Assembly (NCBI GenBank): GCA_964405655.1
Contig: CAYOOO010000001.1
Span: forward strand, 89,083-153,082
Reading direction: 5' to 3'
DNA: 64,000 bases
Source: an uncultured Gammaproteobacteria bacterium
GTDB lineage: Bacteria; Patescibacteriota; Microgenomatia; Daviesbacterales; UBA10151
Within the stretch, counting starts at the first letter, position 1; each line of letters begins with the position of its first letter. Both the position numbers and the translations under genes were made by a program. The notes beneath the pieces are model-generated. The model searched no databases. It was given only the letters and a program-made list of their open reading frames with translations, and was not told the origin of the DNA. Shown one piece after another: positions 1 to 10,711 of this stretch.

Positions 1-1
1 A

Positions 2-448
2 TCTTTTTTTCAGATAGATTTAAATAATCTTGCCAATGAGCAAGTTTTTCTGACCGATGAAGATGGCATCCTATTTAAAACGATACCTTCTAAAAATCAG
101 TTACTGCCAGAGATATTTTTAATTAATAAAGATTTTAAATTAGGAGATAAAATTGGAGACGGATATATAAAAAAAACTCTAGAGATAATCCAAAAATTAA
201 ATCAACTTTCTACTGATATTAAAACTATTAAAATTATCGAAAAGAGATTAGAAATAGAGGCTGAAGAGCAGATAATTTTCTCTTTGGAAAAAGATTACTT
301 GGAACAACTCGCCTCTTTACAACTAATCTTACAAAAGGCTAAAATGAATTCAGGCGATTCTGGTAAAGAAAAAGATCTAAAAATAATCGAAATGGTAGAT
401 TTAAGATTTGAGAAGCCGGTTGTTAGATATCTAAAAAGAAAAAGTTAG
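2..448 (+). CDS. ftsQ: 3' part of cell division protein FtsQ/DivIB (starts before window)
   Basis: Open frame 2 from the window edge to TAG 446-448, ending MVDLRFEKPVVRYLKRKS (FtsQ-type DLRF tail), directly upstream of ftsA-ftsZ. Confidence 0.7.
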   Translation, partial: SFFQIDLNNLANEQVFLTDEDGILFKTIPSKNQLLPEIFLINKDFKLGDKIGDGYIKKTLEIIQKLNQLSTDIKTIKIIEKRLEIEAEEQIIFSLEKDYLEQLASLQLILQKAKMNSGDSGKEKDLKIIEMVDLRFEKPVVRYLKRKS

Positions 449-586
449 GATGAATCTACTAAAATTCAATTTATTAAAACATCGTTACATACAGGGCAAT
501 TTTCATCCTGAAGAGCGGGTAATGTAACGAAAATTTTTGAGATCGTTAATGTTTAAGTAAAAATTTGATAGAATTGCCCAAAAAAG

Positions 587-1879
587 ATGGCTAAGGATAA
601 AGTTATATGTGGTATTGATGTTGGGTCCTCTAAGGTAGCTACCCTAATTGCTACAGTCTCAGATGATAATCGTCTTAATTTAATTGGTGTTGCCGCTACT
701 ACTTCCCGAGGTGTCAAAAAAGGACAAATAGTTGATATTGAGGCGGCGGTTGAAGCTATTAATGAAAGTGTTGAAAGCGCTGAAAGAATGGCTGGTTATT
801 CTATTTCCTCAGCCTATGTTTCAATGGGTGGGCCGCAAATTGAAAGTTTAAACCAGCATGCTGTTGTAGCAGTTGCTCAGCCAGAAGGCGAGATAAAACA
901 AAATGATATCTTGAGGGTTAATGAGGCTGCCCGGGCGATTGCTCTACCGGCATCAAGAGAGATTCTTCATGTTATTCCTCGTACCTATACTGTAGATGGC
1001 CAAGAGGGTATTAATGATCCAATTGGTATGACTGGAGTCAGACTTGAAACAGATACCCATATCATCACTGGCTCGACAACCTCAATGAAAAACCTGGCAA
1101 AATGTGTTGGGATGGTAAGTGTGGAGGTAGAGGAGCTAGTCTTTTCCGGAATTGCCTCATCCAGTGCGGTACTGACTGAAACTGAAAAAGAGTTGGGAGT
1201 AATTTTGGTTGATATTGGTGGAGAAACTACTGATGTGGTTATCTTTGTTGATGGAGCAATAGCTTATTCTGCAGTTATACCATTAGGCGGCAGACACGTT
1301 ACCTCAGACATTGCTGTTGGATTAAGAATCTCTTTAGAGTCTGCTGAGAAGATTAAACAGGCTTTGGGTAAAATTCAAAAAGTACCTGCAACTCCGGAAG
1401 AGAATGGGGAAAAGGGTGCCAAGAAGAAGGAGGAGGATATACTAGATCTTAGACAAATGGGGGTCTTAGAAGATATTCAAAACCAAAAGATGTCCAGAAA
1501 AACAGTTATTGACAGTATTATTAGGCCAAGATTGCAGGAAATATTTAAATTTATTGGTAAAGAGATTAAGAAGAGTGGATACGGAGCTCAGACACCCTCA
1601 GGTTTGGTTATCACTGGTGGAGGAGCTTTAACGATTAGTGTAATAGATCAGGCAAAATATGTACTGGGTTTTCCTGCAAGACTGGGTGAAATACAGGGCT
1701 TTGTTGGTTTGACCGACGAGATTGATTCTCCTGCTTTTGCTACAGCTGCTGGTTTAGTACTCTATGGTAGTAAGAATGTTTCTTCATCAGAAATGAACAT
1801 TCCGGTCTTAGGAAAGGGTTTACCTTTAAAGGCTGTCACGCAGAAGGTTACCGACTTAATCAAGTCATTTTTGCCCTAA
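587..1879 (+). CDS. ftsA: Cell division protein FtsA
   Basis: GIDVGSSKV and VDIGGETTD actin-fold motifs, VITGGG; precedes ftsZ. Confidence 0.97.
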   Translation: MAKDKVICGIDVGSSKVATLIATVSDDNRLNLIGVAATTSRGVKKGQIVDIEAAVEAINESVESAERMAGYSISSAYVSMGGPQIESLNQHAVVAVAQPEGEIKQNDILRVNEAARAIALPASREILHVIPRTYTVDGQEGINDPIGMTGVRLETDTHIITGSTTSMKNLAKCVGMVSVEVEELVFSGIASSSAVLTETEKELGVILVDIGGETTDVVIFVDGAIAYSAVIPLGGRHVTSDIAVGLRISLESAEKIKQALGKIQKVPATPEENGEKGAKKKEEDILDLRQMGVLEDIQNQKMSRKTVIDSIIRPRLQEIFKFIGKEIKKSGYGAQTPSGLVITGGGALTISVIDQAKYVLGFPARLGEIQGFVGLTDEIDSPAFATAAGLVLYGSKNVSSSEMNIPVLGKGLPLKAVTQKVTDLIKSFLP

Positions 1880-1956
1880 TTCGAATCTAGCTTAATACTC
1901 GACAAACTTATTATAAGTTGTTACAATCTGCCAAAGTAGACTCTTGATTTAAGACT

Positions 1957-3141
1957 ATGCTCATCAAACCAGACGTTCAGAGATTCGCCAAGATTAAAGT
2001 AGTAGGTTTAGGTGGTGGGGGATCGAACGCTTTAAACTCAATGATTACTCTCCAGCAGATTCAAGGTGTAGAATTTATTGCTGTCAATACCGATGCTCAG
2101 GCACTTTTAGGAAATCAATCTCCGACTAAAGTTCAAATTGGTGAGAATCTAACTAGGGGTTTAGGCTCAGGCGGTGACCCTGAAGTTGGCAGACAAGCTG
2201 CTGAAGAGTCTACTCAAAAGTTACAAGATGTTTTAGCGGACGCTGATATGGTTTTTCTAACAGCAGGTATGGGTGGTGGTACAGGGACAGGTGCAGTTCC
2301 GACTGCAGCCAATATAGCCAAGCAGCTGGGAGCTCTGACTGTGGCAGTGGTGACTAAGCCATTTGCTTTTGAAGGAAGCCGGAGAATGGTGGTAGCAGAG
2401 GATGGAATTGAAAACTTAAAAGATAAAGTCGATGCACTAATTGTTATTCCAAATCAAAGGCTCCTTGAGGTAGTAGATAAAAATATGACCTTACAAGAAG
2501 CTTTCAAGCTAGCAGACTCAGTCTTAGGTCAAGGAGTTCAAGGAATCTCAGATTTAATTACCATGCCTGGGCTTATTAATGTTGACTTCGCTGATGTTAG
2601 AGCAATTATGACCAATGCTGGATCAGCTTTAATGGGGATTGGGCAGGCTGGAGGTGAAAACCGTGCCTCAACTGCTGCCAGAATGGCTATTGCCTCACCT
2701 CTGCTTGAGGTTTCAATTGAAGGGGCTAAAGGAGTTCTTTTCAATATTGTAGGAGGCCCGGATTTATCTATGAATGAGGTAAATGAGGCTGCTCAAATTA
2801 TTGCTCAGGCAGCAGAGCCAGATGCTAATATTATCTTTGGTGCAACCATCAAGGATGATCTTGTGGATATGGTTAAAGTCTCGGTAATTGCTACTGGTTT
2901 TGACGAAGGCAGAGAGAGGCTGAGAGACTATGCTGGAGTTGGTAGAATAGGAACACTTGGTGCAATAGGTCCCAATATGATAAGTACTTCTAATTTTGCT
3001 CAAATGCCACAGGATGATACTTCGTCTCAACCCCAACAGACTACTGCCTCAGACGATCAACAGCCAGAGAAAAAAGAAGTAGAAGAGCCAGAGATTGAGG
3101 ATGATTTAGAAATCCCCGCTTTCCTAAGACAGAATCGCTAA
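1957..3141 (+). CDS. ftsZ: Cell division protein FtsZ
   Basis: GGGTGTG tubulin signature, NVDFADV, C-terminal LEIPAFLR peptide. Confidence 0.99.
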   Translation: MLIKPDVQRFAKIKVVGLGGGGSNALNSMITLQQIQGVEFIAVNTDAQALLGNQSPTKVQIGENLTRGLGSGGDPEVGRQAAEESTQKLQDVLADADMVFLTAGMGGGTGTGAVPTAANIAKQLGALTVAVVTKPFAFEGSRRMVVAEDGIENLKDKVDALIVIPNQRLLEVVDKNMTLQEAFKLADSVLGQGVQGISDLITMPGLINVDFADVRAIMTNAGSALMGIGQAGGENRASTAARMAIASPLLEVSIEGAKGVLFNIVGGPDLSMNEVNEAAQIIAQAAEPDANIIFGATIKDDLVDMVKVSVIATGFDEGRERLRDYAGVGRIGTLGAIGPNMISTSNFAQMPQDDTSSQPQQTTASDDQQPEKKEVEEPEIEDDLEIPAFLRQNR

Positions 3142-3207
3142 ATTTTAGACAAAACCTCAAAAAAATTGTAGTTTAAGTTTGAAATTTTTGATAGAATTAT
3201 CCACAGT

Positions 3208-6033
3208 ATGTTCAAAAGTGTCTCATCACAAATCAACTTTGCAGAGCTTGAGGAGAAAATTCTTAAATTCTGGAAAGAAAAAAAGATTTTCGAAAAGTCT
3301 GTAGAGACACGACCTGCGGATAAAAAATGGACCTTTTTAGATGGACCACCCTTCATTACCGGTAATCCTCACTATGGCACGCTTTTATCGAGCATTCCTA
3401 AGGATATTTTTGGCAGATATTGGACTATGAAAGGATATAGGGTTAGACGTGTTTGGGGCTGGGATGGACACGGTTTACCGATTGAGAATAAGGTTGAAAA
3501 AGAACTAGATATAAAACGCAAAAAGGATATAGAAGAAAAAGTTGGTGTTAAAAAGTTTATTAGAAAATGTTTAGAGTATGTTAATGAAGTATCTGCAGAG
3601 TGGGAATGGTACGTTATGCATATCGGCAGATGGGTAGATTTTAAAAATGCTTATAAAACCTGGGACCTGCCTTATATGGAGACTGTCATGTGGGTTTTTA
3701 AGAAGATGTATGAGAAAGGCTATATCTACAAAGGTCTTCGGGTTTCACTATTTTGTCCTCACTGCTCAACTCCTATCTCAAACTTTGAGGTGGCAATGGA
3801 CCCTGATAACTATAAAAATGTAACAGAGCCTGCTAATTTTTATAAATATCCTCTTAAAGGAGAGAAGGATACGTTTGTTCTGGCTTGGTCAACAACTCCC
3901 TGGAATAAGATAGTTACACCTGCGCTGGCAGTTAATCCAAAGTTAAATTACGTAAAAGTAAAACAAGGCGAAGAGTATTACGTTTTGGCTAAATCAACTC
4001 TGAAAATACTCAAAGATAAACCTAATTATGAGATAGTTGAAGAGTTTTTGGGATCAAAATTGGTTGGTAAGAAATTTGAACCGCACTACAATTTCTACCA
4101 AATTGAGGAAGGAAAGAAAGCTTTTGAAATTATTTCAGGCGATTTTGTGACTGCAGAGGAGGGAACAGGGGTAGTAACTATCGCAGCCTATGGAGAAGAG
4201 GACTTAGATGTTATCCAAAAAATAAATATTCAAATAGTGCTGCATTTGGATGATGAAGGAATAATCAAAGAAGATGTCCCAAAATTTGGCGGTATGTATT
4301 ATCTTGATGCAAATGAGGCAGTTAACAAGGATCTTTCCCAGAGGGGTCTTTTATATAATGAACAACCACTGACACATTCGGTTCCTCATTGTTGGAGATG
4401 TGGTACCAGACTCTTTTATGCTCCAAAAGATGCTTGGTTTGTAGATATTCAAAAACTCAAACCACAGCTTTTTAAAAACAATGATCCTATTAATTGGTTC
4501 CCAAAGCATTTTCAATATGGCAGATTCAAAAAAAGTATGGAGGCTGCCCCTGACTGGAATATCTCCAGAAATAGATATTGGGGGTCTCCTGTACCAGTTT
4601 GGGAATGTGAATGCGGAGAACGAATAGTTCCAGGTTCAATTTCTGAGTTAGAAGAACTGTCAGGTGAAAAAATTACAAACTTACACAAGCCAGGAATTGA
4701 TGATGTAACTTTGACTTGTCCAAAATGCGCCAAGTCAGTTAAGCGAGTTCCAGAAGTTTTAGATTCTTGGATAGAGGCAGGTTCTGCTTCATTTGGAGAG
4801 AGACACTTTCCATTTAATAAAGAGTTTGAGCTAGAAGATTTTTTTCCTCCTGATTTTATTGCAGAATATACTGGTCAGATTAGAGCTTGGTTTTATGTCT
4901 TACATGTGATTGGAACTGCCCTTTATGACTCACCGGCCTTTAAAAATGCATTAGTGACCGGTGTCTTGCTTGGTACTGACGGTAGGAAAATGAGTAAAAA
5001 CTATGGCAATTTTCCAGATCCTAAAAAGGTTATGCAAAAATATGGCGGAGATGCGCTAAGAATCTATTTGATGGGTTCACCTTTAATGAAAGGTGAAGAT
5101 GTTAATTTTTCTAACGATGGAGTTCCGGAAGTTACAAAAGGATTTTTACTGATTCTATGGAACTCCTATAAATTTTTTGTTGATTATGCCAGTATCTTTA
5201 ATTGGTCTGTTCCAAAACAATCCATATTTGAAAATAATCAGAAACTATCAATTCTAGACAAATGGATTTTAGCTAGGATGACTGAACTGACTATCGATCT
5301 GCAAAGTTCTTACGATAAGTTTGATACTGTAACCATTACCAAACTTCTGAGAGATTTTATTGTTAATGACTTCTCGACTTGGTATATTAGAAGATCTAGA
5401 GATCGAGTGAGTAATAATAGTAATCAATCAGACAGGCAGAACTGCTTATCCGTTATTTATTATGTCTTGGCTAACTACTCTAAGTTACTTGCACCACTTG
5501 CTCCATTTATTTCAGAGGAGATCTGGAAAAATTTAACATCAAAAGAATCAGTTCACCTTGAGAATTTTCCAGTTGCTGATAAAGAGTTGTTAAATAATAC
5601 CTTTATAAAGGATATGAAGACAGTTAGGGAGATAGTAGAAAGGGGTCATGCTAAGAGGAAAGATGCTGAGATTAAATTAAGGCAACCTCTAAGCAAAATT
5701 ACTTATTCAACAGCTAAACAGTTATCAGAAGAAACGGAAAAAATTGTTGCTGAAGAGTTAAATGTTAAAAAAATTGAATACAAAAAAACCTCAAGAAAAA
5801 AATTAGAAGTTGAATTGGATATAAAAATTACTCCACAATTAAAAAAAGAGGGAGAAGCTAGAGACTTAATTAGACAGATTCAGCAACTAAGAAAAGATTC
5901 AGGCATGACTCTAAAAGATAAGGTAGCTGTTAGAGCTCCGGATTGGCCAAAAGAATTCGAAAAAATGATTCTTGAGTTAACTGCTTCGGTTAGTATAAAA
6001 AAATCTAACAGACTAGAAATCGAAAAGGTTTAA
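3208..6033 (+). CDS. ileS: Isoleucine--tRNA ligase (IleRS2-like)
   Basis: FLDGPPF..G.PHYGT (HIGH variant), GWDGHGLPIE, WNISRNRYWG, KMSK. Confidence 0.95.
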   Translation: MFKSVSSQINFAELEEKILKFWKEKKIFEKSVETRPADKKWTFLDGPPFITGNPHYGTLLSSIPKDIFGRYWTMKGYRVRRVWGWDGHGLPIENKVEKELDIKRKKDIEEKVGVKKFIRKCLEYVNEVSAEWEWYVMHIGRWVDFKNAYKTWDLPYMETVMWVFKKMYEKGYIYKGLRVSLFCPHCSTPISNFEVAMDPDNYKNVTEPANFYKYPLKGEKDTFVLAWSTTPWNKIVTPALAVNPKLNYVKVKQGEEYYVLAKSTLKILKDKPNYEIVEEFLGSKLVGKKFEPHYNFYQIEEGKKAFEIISGDFVTAEEGTGVVTIAAYGEEDLDVIQKINIQIVLHLDDEGIIKEDVPKFGGMYYLDANEAVNKDLSQRGLLYNEQPLTHSVPHCWRCGTRLFYAPKDAWFVDIQKLKPQLFKNNDPINWFPKHFQYGRFKKSMEAAPDWNISRNRYWGSPVPVWECECGERIVPGSISELEELSGEKITNLHKPGIDDVTLTCPKCAKSVKRVPEVLDSWIEAGSASFGERHFPFNKEFELEDFFPPDFIAEYTGQIRAWFYVLHVIGTALYDSPAFKNALVTGVLLGTDGRKMSKNYGNFPDPKKVMQKYGGDALRIYLMGSPLMKGEDVNFSNDGVPEVTKGFLLILWNSYKFFVDYASIFNWSVPKQSIFENNQKLSILDKWILARMTELTIDLQSSYDKFDTVTITKLLRDFIVNDFSTWYIRRSRDRVSNNSNQSDRQNCLSVIYYVLANYSKLLAPLAPFISEEIWKNLTSKESVHLENFPVADKELLNNTFIKDMKTVREIVERGHAKRKDAEIKLRQPLSKITYSTAKQLSEETEKIVAEELNVKKIEYKKTSRKKLEVELDIKITPQLKKEGEARDLIRQIQQLRKDSGMTLKDKVAVRAPDWPKEFEKMILELTASVSIKKSNRLEIEKV

Positions 6034-7085
6034 TGATAATTCCTGTCTTGCTACTTCTGTCATTGGGTATTGTTGTCATCTATACTTCAAATCCTCTGCT
6101 TGCTATCCAGCAGCTTTTTTTTGCTATATTTGGACTAATTCTCTATGTAATCATTCGTAACCTAGATTACAAATCGTTAAAAAATGCTGCTAAAAGCTTC
6201 TATATAGGAATTGTTATTCTTTTGATTATCACAATGATATTGGGTTTTGAGAGTAGGGGTTCAATTCGTTGGATCCCCCTAGGCTTATTTAACTTGCAGC
6301 CTTCAGAGTTTGCTAAACCGATTTTAATTTTACTACTAGCAACATTTTGGACTAAGAATTTGCCCAATTGGAAAAACATCTTTAAAAGTATTCTTTTGAT
6401 TATTCCAGCGATCTTCTTAGTTTTTAGACAGCCCGATCTGGGTACAACTTTAACTCTGGTATTTATTTGGTTAAGTATTTTTATAGCCTCAAATGCTTCT
6501 TTTAAAAAGATCGTGATTATTACACTAACTCTTCTTCTGTTACTACCTCTTATTTGGTCTGGTTTACAACCATATCAAAAGCAGAGAATTATCAGCTTTT
6601 TATCTCCAAATCAAGATCCTCAAGGAATCGGTTTCCATGTCATTCAATCAACAATAGCAGTCGGTTCTGGCGAGCTTTTGGGTCGAGGATTGGGAAGAGG
6701 AACACAATCAAGACTTCAATTTTTGCCAGAATTCAGAACAGACTTCATTTTTGCTTTTATTGCCGAAGAGTTAGGTTTTTTGGGTTCTGCGATTGTTTTA
6801 GGTTTATATACAATAATTTTCGTCTTAATTTTTAATATCCTTTCAAGGATCGGTGATAGGTTAGGAGAGCTGATTGTTTTTGGTGTATTAGGAATGCTCT
6901 TTTTTCAGATTTCAGTTAATATAGGTATGAATATAGGTTTGCTGCCGATTACCGGCATTACCCTTCCTTTTTTATCATATGGAGGCAGTTCGCTTGTGGC
7001 TACACTAATCTCAATTGGCCTTATTGAATCAGTATCTAAGTATGGGTTAAAAAAAAGAGAGATAAAAAGCTTCAATCTGGCTTAA
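6033..7085 (+). CDS. rodA: SEDS family glycosyltransferase RodA/FtsW
   Basis: RWI, LQPSEFAK, QPDLGT, FLPEFRTDFIF, GITLPFLSYGGSS motifs. Confidence 0.9.
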   Translation: MIIPVLLLLSLGIVVIYTSNPLLAIQQLFFAIFGLILYVIIRNLDYKSLKNAAKSFYIGIVILLIITMILGFESRGSIRWIPLGLFNLQPSEFAKPILILLLATFWTKNLPNWKNIFKSILLIIPAIFLVFRQPDLGTTLTLVFIWLSIFIASNASFKKIVIITLTLLLLLPLIWSGLQPYQKQRIISFLSPNQDPQGIGFHVIQSTIAVGSGELLGRGLGRGTQSRLQFLPEFRTDFIFAFIAEELGFLGSAIVLGLYTIIFVLIFNILSRIGDRLGELIVFGVLGMLFFQISVNIGMNIGLLPITGITLPFLSYGGSSLVATLISIGLIESVSKYGLKKREIKSFNLA

Positions 7086-7148
7086 CTTAAGACTTTAAAT
7101 AAGACAGACTGTTGCAAGTTTAAAATATAAAATGTAGAATCTGAAACT

Positions 7149-7478
7149 ATGTTTAAGTATGCAGTTGTAGAAATAGCTGGGAAACAATATAAAATACTAC
7201 CTGAAAAGATTTTGCTTGTCGACTATTTAGGAGAAATTAATACTTATGAGTGTCCTAAGGTGTTGATAAAAGCAGAGGATGATAAGGTTGTTTTAGGAAA
7301 CCCTTATATAGAAAAAGAAAAAGTGGTTTTTGATGTTCTGTCAAAACAGAGGCAACCAAAAGTTAGAGTAGCTACCTATCACGCCAAGGCTAATACTAGG
7401 AGAGTGGTAGGTTCAAAAAAAATAATGAGTCAAATAAAACTGCAGGATAAAAACAAACCTCAAAAGCGTGAAAAGTGA
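7149..7478 (+). CDS. rplU: 50S ribosomal protein L21
   Basis: YAVVEIAGKQYKI N-terminus; adjacent to rpmA. Confidence 0.92.
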   Translation: MFKYAVVEIAGKQYKILPEKILLVDYLGEINTYECPKVLIKAEDDKVVLGNPYIEKEKVVFDVLSKQRQPKVRVATYHAKANTRRVVGSKKIMSQIKLQDKNKPQKREK

Positions 7479-7493
7479 TCTCGTTTGATAGGA

Positions 7494-7522
7494 TTGACTT
7501 TGGTTTTCACAGACTGTATATT
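7494..7522 (+). promoter_or_regulatory. sigma70-type promoter for rpmA
   Basis: TTGACT-17 nt-TATATT with extended -10 TG. Confidence 0.6.
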
Positions 7523-7536
7523 ACACACTAACTACT

Positions 7537-7785
7537 ATGGCACATAAAAAAGCTGGATCAACAGCCAAGACAAATCGGGACTCAATCTCTAAGAGATTAG
7601 GGGTAAAAAAATATGCTGGGGAAAAAGTTATTCCTGGTAATATTATTGTACGCCAAAAAGGAAATAAGTTTTACCCAGGGAGTGGAACCAGGATAGGTAA
7701 TGACTTTACGATTTATGCAACAGATGAGGGAAAAGTTGAATTCAAAAAGCGACAAGGCAAAAAAATAATTAATATCGCCGGCTAG
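7537..7785 (+). CDS. rpmA: 50S ribosomal protein L27
   Basis: MAHKKAG..NRDS.SKRLGVK, GNIIVRQKG. Confidence 0.98.
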   Translation: MAHKKAGSTAKTNRDSISKRLGVKKYAGEKVIPGNIIVRQKGNKFYPGSGTRIGNDFTIYATDEGKVEFKKRQGKKIINIAG

Positions 7786-7789
7786 AATA

Positions 7790-8662
7790 TTGACTGGTCA
7801 ACTAATGGACAATTCAGAGGAAAGTATATTTGAGCTAGAAATTAATCTCTTACAGGCAAACCCTCTTCAACCTCGAGGATTGATCACACCTGAATCCTTA
7901 GCAGAGCTAGCTGAATCAATTCGTGAACACGGCATACTAGAACCTATAGTGGTAGCCAAAACTCCTGCAGGTTTTCAAATTATAGCTGGTGAAAGACGTT
8001 GGCGAGCTGCCAGATTAATTGGCTTAGAGAAAATTCCAGTGATAATCCGAGAGACAACGCCTCAGGGGATGTTAGAGATGGCAATTGTAGAGAATGTTCA
8101 GAGGATTGATTTAAATCCTTTGGAAAGAGCTCAAGCGTATAAAAGGTTAATGGATGAATTTAATCTAACAAATGCTGAGATTTCTCAAAGAGTCTCCAAA
8201 AGCCCCTCTTATATCTCAAATACTATTAGACTGCTGACTTTGCCAGATGCACTGAAAGATGCTTTGATGTCTGGTCAAACAACTGAAGGTCACGTTCGAG
8301 CTTTATCCGCTTTGGAGGATCCTCACTTAATAATTGAGGCCTATAAAGAGGTTTTAAGAAAGAATTTGTCAGTTAGAGGTACAGAAGAGTTAGTTAGAAG
8401 GATGCGATCTCATCATGGTATTGGACCTAAAAAAGGTGCTGATCAGTCAAAGATGAAGATAGTTAATGAAGAAATTGAGAGAATTCAAGAAGGTTTACAA
8501 CAGACTTTAACTTTTGGCGAAAATGAACCAAACACCAGAATCAAATATGATCAGACAGGCAAGACGGCAGAACTTAGAATACGTTTCGAAGGTACTCCAG
8601 ATCAAACCAGCCCGCTGATGCAAAGAATCTACGATGCAATCAGAAGCTATTTTAGCTCATAG
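7790..8662 (+). CDS. parB: ParB/Spo0J chromosome partitioning protein (start may be ATG 7805)
   Basis: NPLQPR, IIAGERRWRA, ENVQRIDLNPLE, HTH; no parA in window. Confidence 0.93.
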   Translation: MTGQLMDNSEESIFELEINLLQANPLQPRGLITPESLAELAESIREHGILEPIVVAKTPAGFQIIAGERRWRAARLIGLEKIPVIIRETTPQGMLEMAIVENVQRIDLNPLERAQAYKRLMDEFNLTNAEISQRVSKSPSYISNTIRLLTLPDALKDALMSGQTTEGHVRALSALEDPHLIIEAYKEVLRKNLSVRGTEELVRRMRSHHGIGPKKGADQSKMKIVNEEIERIQEGLQQTLTFGENEPNTRIKYDQTGKTAELRIRFEGTPDQTSPLMQRIYDAIRSYFSS

Positions 8663-8667
8663 CAGGT

Positions 8668-9264
8668 TCACTTCTGATTGTAATAAGCTGGGTAAAAACC
8701 AACAGCACCTTTTGGCCAATATCTTAAAAATACTTTTCCTATAATTACTTGTTTATTGATTGGTCCCCATTCTCTCGAATCTTGAGAACGAATCCGATTG
8801 TCTCCTAAAACAAAATATTGATCTTCTCCAATTTTGATCTCTTCTCCTTCTTGTAAAAACGCTTCACCCTCAGTTACCATATCTGTCGATAAATATGGCT
8901 CGTTAAGCTTCTGGCCATTGATAAAGATGCTGCCATTTTCCAACTTAATAGTTTCTGAAGGCAAGCCAATAATTCTTTTAATAAAGTCTTGACTATCGTC
9001 TCGGGGGTTTTTAAAAACGACAATGTCTCCTCTTTTTGGTTGACCAAGACGGTAAGTTAATTTATCTGTGATAATATAATCCCCATCATGATAGTTAGGG
9101 AACATTGAATAACCGGACACTTTATGTGGCTGAGCAATAAATAAGTAGATAATTGTAGTAATGGCAGCAAAAACAACCACTGTTTGGATAAAATCAACTA
9201 TATGTGTTCCAAACGTTGGTTTGGATTGTTGATCATGGTTTTCTTTGAGGTAATCAGGTTCCAT
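8668..9264 (-). CDS. lepB: Signal peptidase I
   Basis: SGYSMFP (catalytic Ser), FIKRIIGLP (Lys), GDNR..S.DSR. Confidence 0.96.
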   Translation of the reverse strand: MEPDYLKENHDQQSKPTFGTHIVDFIQTVVVFAAITTIIYLFIAQPHKVSGYSMFPNYHDGDYIITDKLTYRLGQPKRGDIVVFKNPRDDSQDFIKRIIGLPSETIKLENGSIFINGQKLNEPYLSTDMVTEGEAFLQEGEEIKIGEDQYFVLGDNRIRSQDSREWGPINKQVIIGKVFLRYWPKGAVGFYPAYYNQK

Positions 9265-9358
9265 GGTTTCATATTATCTCAAACAAGATGTGAATGGCGC
9301 AAGTTGGAATTAGGAAGTGCATGACCGGTTTATAGGTGGTAAAATTGGCAAGGCTTAG

Positions 9359-9432
9359 GGACAAGTAGCTCAGTTGGTTAGAGCGTTCGCTTCACATGCG
9401 AAAGGTCACAGGTTCGAGTCCTGTCTTGTCCA
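9359..9432 (+). tRNA. tRNA-Val(CAC)
   Basis: GGACAAG/CTTGTCC acceptor stem, anticodon arm TTCGC-TTCACAT-GCGAA, GGTTCGAGTCC T arm; CCA not encoded. Confidence 0.95.
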
Positions 9433-9475
9433 CTAATGTTTAAAACATATCGACTTTTCTGTTAAAATTGGCTTT

Positions 9476-10711
9476 GTGAATTTTAAAATCTTAAAAAATT
9501 CCTCTTACTTACTTTTTGCACAGATTATTGTTAAAACAATAGCCTTTTTTTATACAATTTTCTTAGCCAGAAACCTAGGTGTGGAGAATTTCGGTTTATA
9601 CACTGTGGCTATGTCTTATTTCGTATTAATTTCTTCCTTTTCTGACTTTGGGATCTCACGATATTTAATCAAAGAAGTCGCAACTAATAAGTCTAATCTA
9701 TCACAGCTACTTTCGAATATTATTTTTTTACGTTTATCAAGTATTGTCATTATCTTCGGTGGTTTCGTATTGCTTTTTAGATTATTTGATCCAGATAGAA
9801 TGAGAGCAGTTCTAAGTTTAGTTGCTGTTATGTCAATCATCCCTCAAGCCATAGGTATAACCTTCGATAATATTTTTGTTGCAATTCAAAAAATATCTGT
9901 CTCAGCTTTAGCAATAATTTTTACTAGTGTAATTACTACATTTACAGGAGTTGTTTTTATTATTAGTGGATTGAGTACCTTAGGTGCAGTTTCTGCTGTA
10001 TTGATTGGACAAATTCTTTACGCAATTTTTCTGCTTATCTTTACAATAAAAGAGAATATTCAGTATCTCAGTCCACTCAGCATAAAGATAATTAAAGATA
10101 TATTAATAGGCTCCTTGCCCTATGGTTTTTTAAGTTTATTGGGATTACTCTATTTTAGAATCGATTCTCTCATACTCTCCTATATTAAAGGCCCTTTTGA
10201 TACGGGTATTTATGGTGTTGCTTACAAATTTCTAGAGGCTGTGGTAATTGTGCCAACTGCTGTTTCAATGGCTGTATTCCCGGTTTTAGTTAGGATGCAT
10301 CAATCTAGCAAAGGGAAAATTAGAAACTTTGCTCAAAGAATAATTATATATATGGGTTTTACAGGTGTAGTCGTAACAGTAGGATTTTTTTTCGTTTTAC
10401 CCAAATTTATTCAAGCGTTCTTACCTAATTTTTTTGCCTCAATTGAAACTATCCAGATATTATCTCTAGCAATTCCTTTTATTTTCGCTCATGTAACTTT
10501 ATCACAAGTAATGCTTTCAGCAGATAAATTTCTTAAGCCACTACTGTTTTTGTCAGTATCACCCCTCGCCTTAAATATCCTGTTAAATGTGTTGTTTATA
10601 CCTAGATATGGTTACATAGGTGCAGCTTGGATTACTGTTTTTTCAGATATATTCAGTTTATTTATTCTTTATTTAGTCGTTAGAAAATACCTTTTTAATC
10701 GTGCAAAATAA
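9476..10711 (+). CDS. Wzx-like polysaccharide flippase
   Basis: LARNLGVENFGLY, SDFGIS, RIDSLILS...GIYGVAYK; multi-TM. Confidence 0.88.
   Translation: MNFKILKNSSYLLFAQIIVKTIAFFYTIFLARNLGVENFGLYTVAMSYFVLISSFSDFGISRYLIKEVATNKSNLSQLLSNIIFLRLSSIVIIFGGFVLLFRLFDPDRMRAVLSLVAVMSIIPQAIGITFDNIFVAIQKISVSALAIIFTSVITTFTGVVFIISGLSTLGAVSAVLIGQILYAIFLLIFTIKENIQYLSPLSIKIIKDILIGSLPYGFLSLLGLLYFRIDSLILSYIKGPFDTGIYGVAYKFLEAVVIVPTAVSMAVFPVLVRMHQSSKGKIRNFAQRIIIYMGFTGVVVTVGFFFVLPKFIQAFLPNFFASIETIQILSLAIPFIFAHVTLSQVMLSADKFLKPLLFLSVSPLALNILLNVLFIPRYGYIGAAWITVFSDIFSLFILYLVVRKYLFNRAK

Noticed and set aside
7790-8662. parS sites near the orphan parB
   Set aside because: No TGTTTCACGTGAAACA-like palindrome was noticed in the window
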